A stretch of 18,549 nt of DNA from Elainellaceae cyanobacterium. Its GTDB lineage: Bacteria; Cyanobacteriota; Cyanobacteriia; CAZCXK01. The stretch spans positions 1 through 18,549 of the forward strand of contig JBNPEG010000015.1 of the NCBI GenBank assembly GCA_051117555.1. Direction: 5' to 3'. Shown here one piece after another: positions 16,534 through 18,549 of the stretch. Position numbers and translations under genes: made by a program. Within the stretch, counting starts at the first letter, position 1; every line of letters starts with the position of its first letter. A model generated the notes under the pieces. That model did no database searches and was not told the origin of the DNA. It was given only the letters and a program-made list of their open reading frames with translations.

Positions 16534-18033
16534 CTATGGCAAACAGTCGATATAATTTTCGACATCCCAATTGGTTGTCGTCGACAGAAATCGTTCCCAC
16601 TCGTCTCGTTTATACCAGCTATAAACCTGATACATGTCTCCCGGCAGGGCAGATTTGATTACCTCATCCTGATCGAGGCACTGGAGGGCTTCCCCAAGAG
16701 ACATGGGCAGCTTTTTCACTTGTTTGCCCTCTTCCATAGCTTCGTAGAGGTTGCGAGTTTCGGGCTCTCCTGGATCGAGTTTGCGCCTGATGCCATCATC
16801 AAACGCTTTTAGAATCGCAGCCGCCATCAGATAGGGATTAACCATCGAATCGACCGCCCGATATTCGAAGCGCCCAGGAGCAGAAACACGCAATCCGCAG
16901 GTGCGATTTTGGAATCCCCAATCGGCATACACGGGAGCCCACAGCCCGGTATCCCACAACCGTCGATACGAGTTGACCGTGGAGCAACCAATTGCGGTGA
17001 GTGCGCCTAGATGTTCGATTACGCCGCCGATGGCATGTAACCCAACTGGACCGGGCTTTGTGGCTGAAAGCGATGGATCGGGTAAAAAGGTGTTGGTTCC
17101 GCCTTTTCGATAGGTAAACGAACCGGGCATACCGGGGAGTGTCTCTAGCCCAGCGTCTTTGACGGTTTCTTCTCCGCTCTGCCATAGAGAGAGATTGTGA
17201 TGGCAGCCGTTGGCAGAGACGCCCATGAATGGCTTTGCCATGAAGCAGGCAATTAGATTAAACTCTCGAGCCACTTGAGCGCAAATTTGGCGATAGGTCG
17301 TGAGGCGATCGCACGTCCGCAGAGCGTCGTCGAACATAAAGTTCAATTCAAGCTGTCCGGGCGCGTCCTCATGATCGCCTTGAATCATGTCTAAACCCAT
17401 GGCCTGAGAATATTCAATCACGCGCAAGAAAACCGGGCGCAACTCTTCAAACTGGTCAATGTGATAGCAGTTGGGTTTGGTTTTGCCACCATCGGGCATC
17501 CCATCGGCCCCTTTCTTTAACCACATCATTTCGGGTTCGCAGCCGTGGCGCAAATGTAGCCCATGTTCGGCCTGAAATTGATTGTGGATGCGGCGCAGGT
17601 TGCCTCGGCAATCGGCAGTGAGGAATGCGCCCGGAGCTTCAGGCTCCTCACGGTTGCGAAAACACGTACAGTACACTCGTGCCACGCGCGTGTCCCACGG
17701 AAGCTGACAAAAGGTGTCTGGGTCGGGAATGGCAACTAGCTCCGATGCTTCGGGGCCATAGCCGATATAGTTGCTGTAGCGATCGAGATATAGGTTAGCT
17801 GTAGAGCCATAGACCAACTGGATGCCGCGTTCTGCGATTGCCTCCCAGTGATCAGACGGCACGCCCTTGCCCACAATGCGCCCCGTCACCGAAATGAACT
17901 GATAATAAATATATTTAATGCCTAGCGCATCGATTTTGGCGCGGACTTGCTTGACAAGTTCATCGCGTCCTTCTTGGGCAACATAGGCTTCTAAATCGGT
18001 TAATGTTTCAGACTTAACAAGAGTTCCAGTCAC
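16534..18033 (-). CDS. Glutamine synthetase-family (GlnA-like, probable gamma-glutamylamide ligase) protein
   Basis: GCEPE, DHEDAPGQLELN, FMAKPF...NGCHHNLSLW, NRTCGLRV and FEYRAVDSMVNPYL motifs. GTG start with GGGAG RBS. Divergent from canonical GSI. Confidence 0.88.
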   Translation of the reverse strand: MTGTLVKSETLTDLEAYVAQEGRDELVKQVRAKIDALGIKYIYYQFISVTGRIVGKGVPSDHWEAIAERGIQLVYGSTANLYLDRYSNYIGYGPEASELVAIPDPDTFCQLPWDTRVARVYCTCFRNREEPEAPGAFLTADCRGNLRRIHNQFQAEHGLHLRHGCEPEMMWLKKGADGMPDGGKTKPNCYHIDQFEELRPVFLRVIEYSQAMGLDMIQGDHEDAPGQLELNFMFDDALRTCDRLTTYRQICAQVAREFNLIACFMAKPFMGVSANGCHHNLSLWQSGEETVKDAGLETLPGMPGSFTYRKGGTNTFLPDPSLSATKPGPVGLHAIGGVIEHLGALTAIGCSTVNSYRRLWDTGLWAPVYADWGFQNRTCGLRVSAPGRFEYRAVDSMVNPYLMAAAILKAFDDGIRRKLDPGEPETRNLYEAMEEGKQVKKLPMSLGEALQCLDQDEVIKSALPGDMYQVYSWYKRDEWERFLSTTTNWDVENYIDCLP

Positions 18034-18178
18034 GGTTTATGACTCCCTGCAAGCGACCAGCATCCAGCGTTCGACCCTCAGACATCGGTTCCTACATTGG
18101 TTCCCAATTAGACTGACTGCTATCGAGCGAACAGTCGAACACTTCTCTGTAGTAAACCGAGCTTGTTATGACAACTCT

Positions 18179-18192
18179 GTATCTAGAGATAC
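18179..18192. promoter_or_regulatory. NtcA box upstream of the GlnA-like/PRTase unit
   Basis: Perfect GTA-TCTAGAGA-TAC, about 145 nt upstream of the GTG. The -10 candidate 22 nt downstream (TTTACT) is imperfect. Confidence 0.65.
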
Positions 18193-18257
18193 GGTCAGGG
18201 CGATCGCAACAACTTTTAAAGGGTCATTGCCAGGTTGAGGAACTGCACTCTTAGATA

Positions 18258-18289
18258 ATCCAGCCACAAACCATCCAGCCACAAACCAT
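18258..18289. repeat. 2x 15-bp tandem duplication ATCCAGCCACAAACC
   Basis: Read directly from the sequence. Confidence 0.8.
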
Positions 18290-18334
18290 ATCTGGACTGG
18301 TAAGATAGCGAATATTTTGAATGGTCGGTTGGTC

Positions 18335-18549
18335 ATGAGCGTAGAACGGCGACTCGATGCAATTGAATATCAGCTCGGTCGTATTGCTGAAGCAACCACC
18401 GAGTTTCGGCAGGACTTGGCAGAAATCAAAGGCATGATTCGGGAGCAAGCCGAAACAACAAAGCAGCAGGCTGAAGTTGCAAAGCAGCAGGCTGAAACAG
18501 CAAGGCAGCAGGCTGAAACGGTCGCACGGCTCGTCGGCATCGTTGAGCG
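18335..18549 (+). CDS. 3'-truncated coiled-coil hypothetical protein with QQAE heptad repeats
   Basis: ATG 18335 gives MSVERRLDAIEYQLGRIAEATTEFRQDLAEIKGMIREQAETTKQQAEVAKQQAETARQQAETVARLVGIVE..., open to the window edge. Absent from the ORF track. Confidence 0.7.
   Translation, partial: MSVERRLDAIEYQLGRIAEATTEFRQDLAEIKGMIREQAETTKQQAEVAKQQAETARQQAETVARLVGIVE

Larger units (their letters stand above)
857..18207. repeat. HIP1 octamer GCGATCGC, about 30 dispersed copies
   Basis: Counted by eye (e.g. 857, 1864, 2403, 3745, 5384, 9931, 14355, 18200). HIP1 over-representation is a known cyanobacterial hallmark. Confidence 0.93.

Noticed and set aside
16244..16658. ORFs 16244..16516 and 16350..16658 (KSKIQNP repeats)
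   Set aside because: Translations of the heptamer array, open in multiple frames and antisense to the flanking genes.
16534..18033. Assigning glnA or glnN
   Set aside because: Too divergent from GSI in the N-terminus and too short for GSIII; left as GlnA-like.
18251..18448. 65-aa minus-strand ORF
   Set aside because: Antisense to the more convincing + strand ORF at 18335, and it runs through a tandem duplication.

Overview
Cyanobacterial chromosomal window, judged from about 30 HIP1 GCGATCGC octamers counted by eye, petL, NtcA boxes and heptamer repeats. Housekeeping and envelope genes: aroB, petL (missed by the ORF track), a BON-domain protein, a TolC-family outer-membrane protein, a MidA/NDUFAF7-like methyltransferase, a fasciclin protein, acs and a DUF900-like hydrolase. 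A possible nitrogen-regulated nucleobase-scavenging set is also present: NCS2 permease plus ureidoglycolate lyase, a divergent Urc1/Urg1-type GTP-cyclohydrolase-II homologue, and a GlnA-like ligase plus type I PRTase. The permease and GlnA-like units each have an NtcA-like box upstream. The intergenic DNA is repeat-rich. It holds a 17-unit 21-bp array reading as a heptad, and two copies of a 131-bp inverted-repeat element with no target-site duplication, one of them sitting in the loop of another hairpin inside a four-layer nested structure. There is also a composite hairpin/heptamer array, several 13-15 bp tandem duplications and two candidate structured leaders. No rRNA, tRNA, CRISPR array or transposase was seen. 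All calls are by eye, with no database searches.
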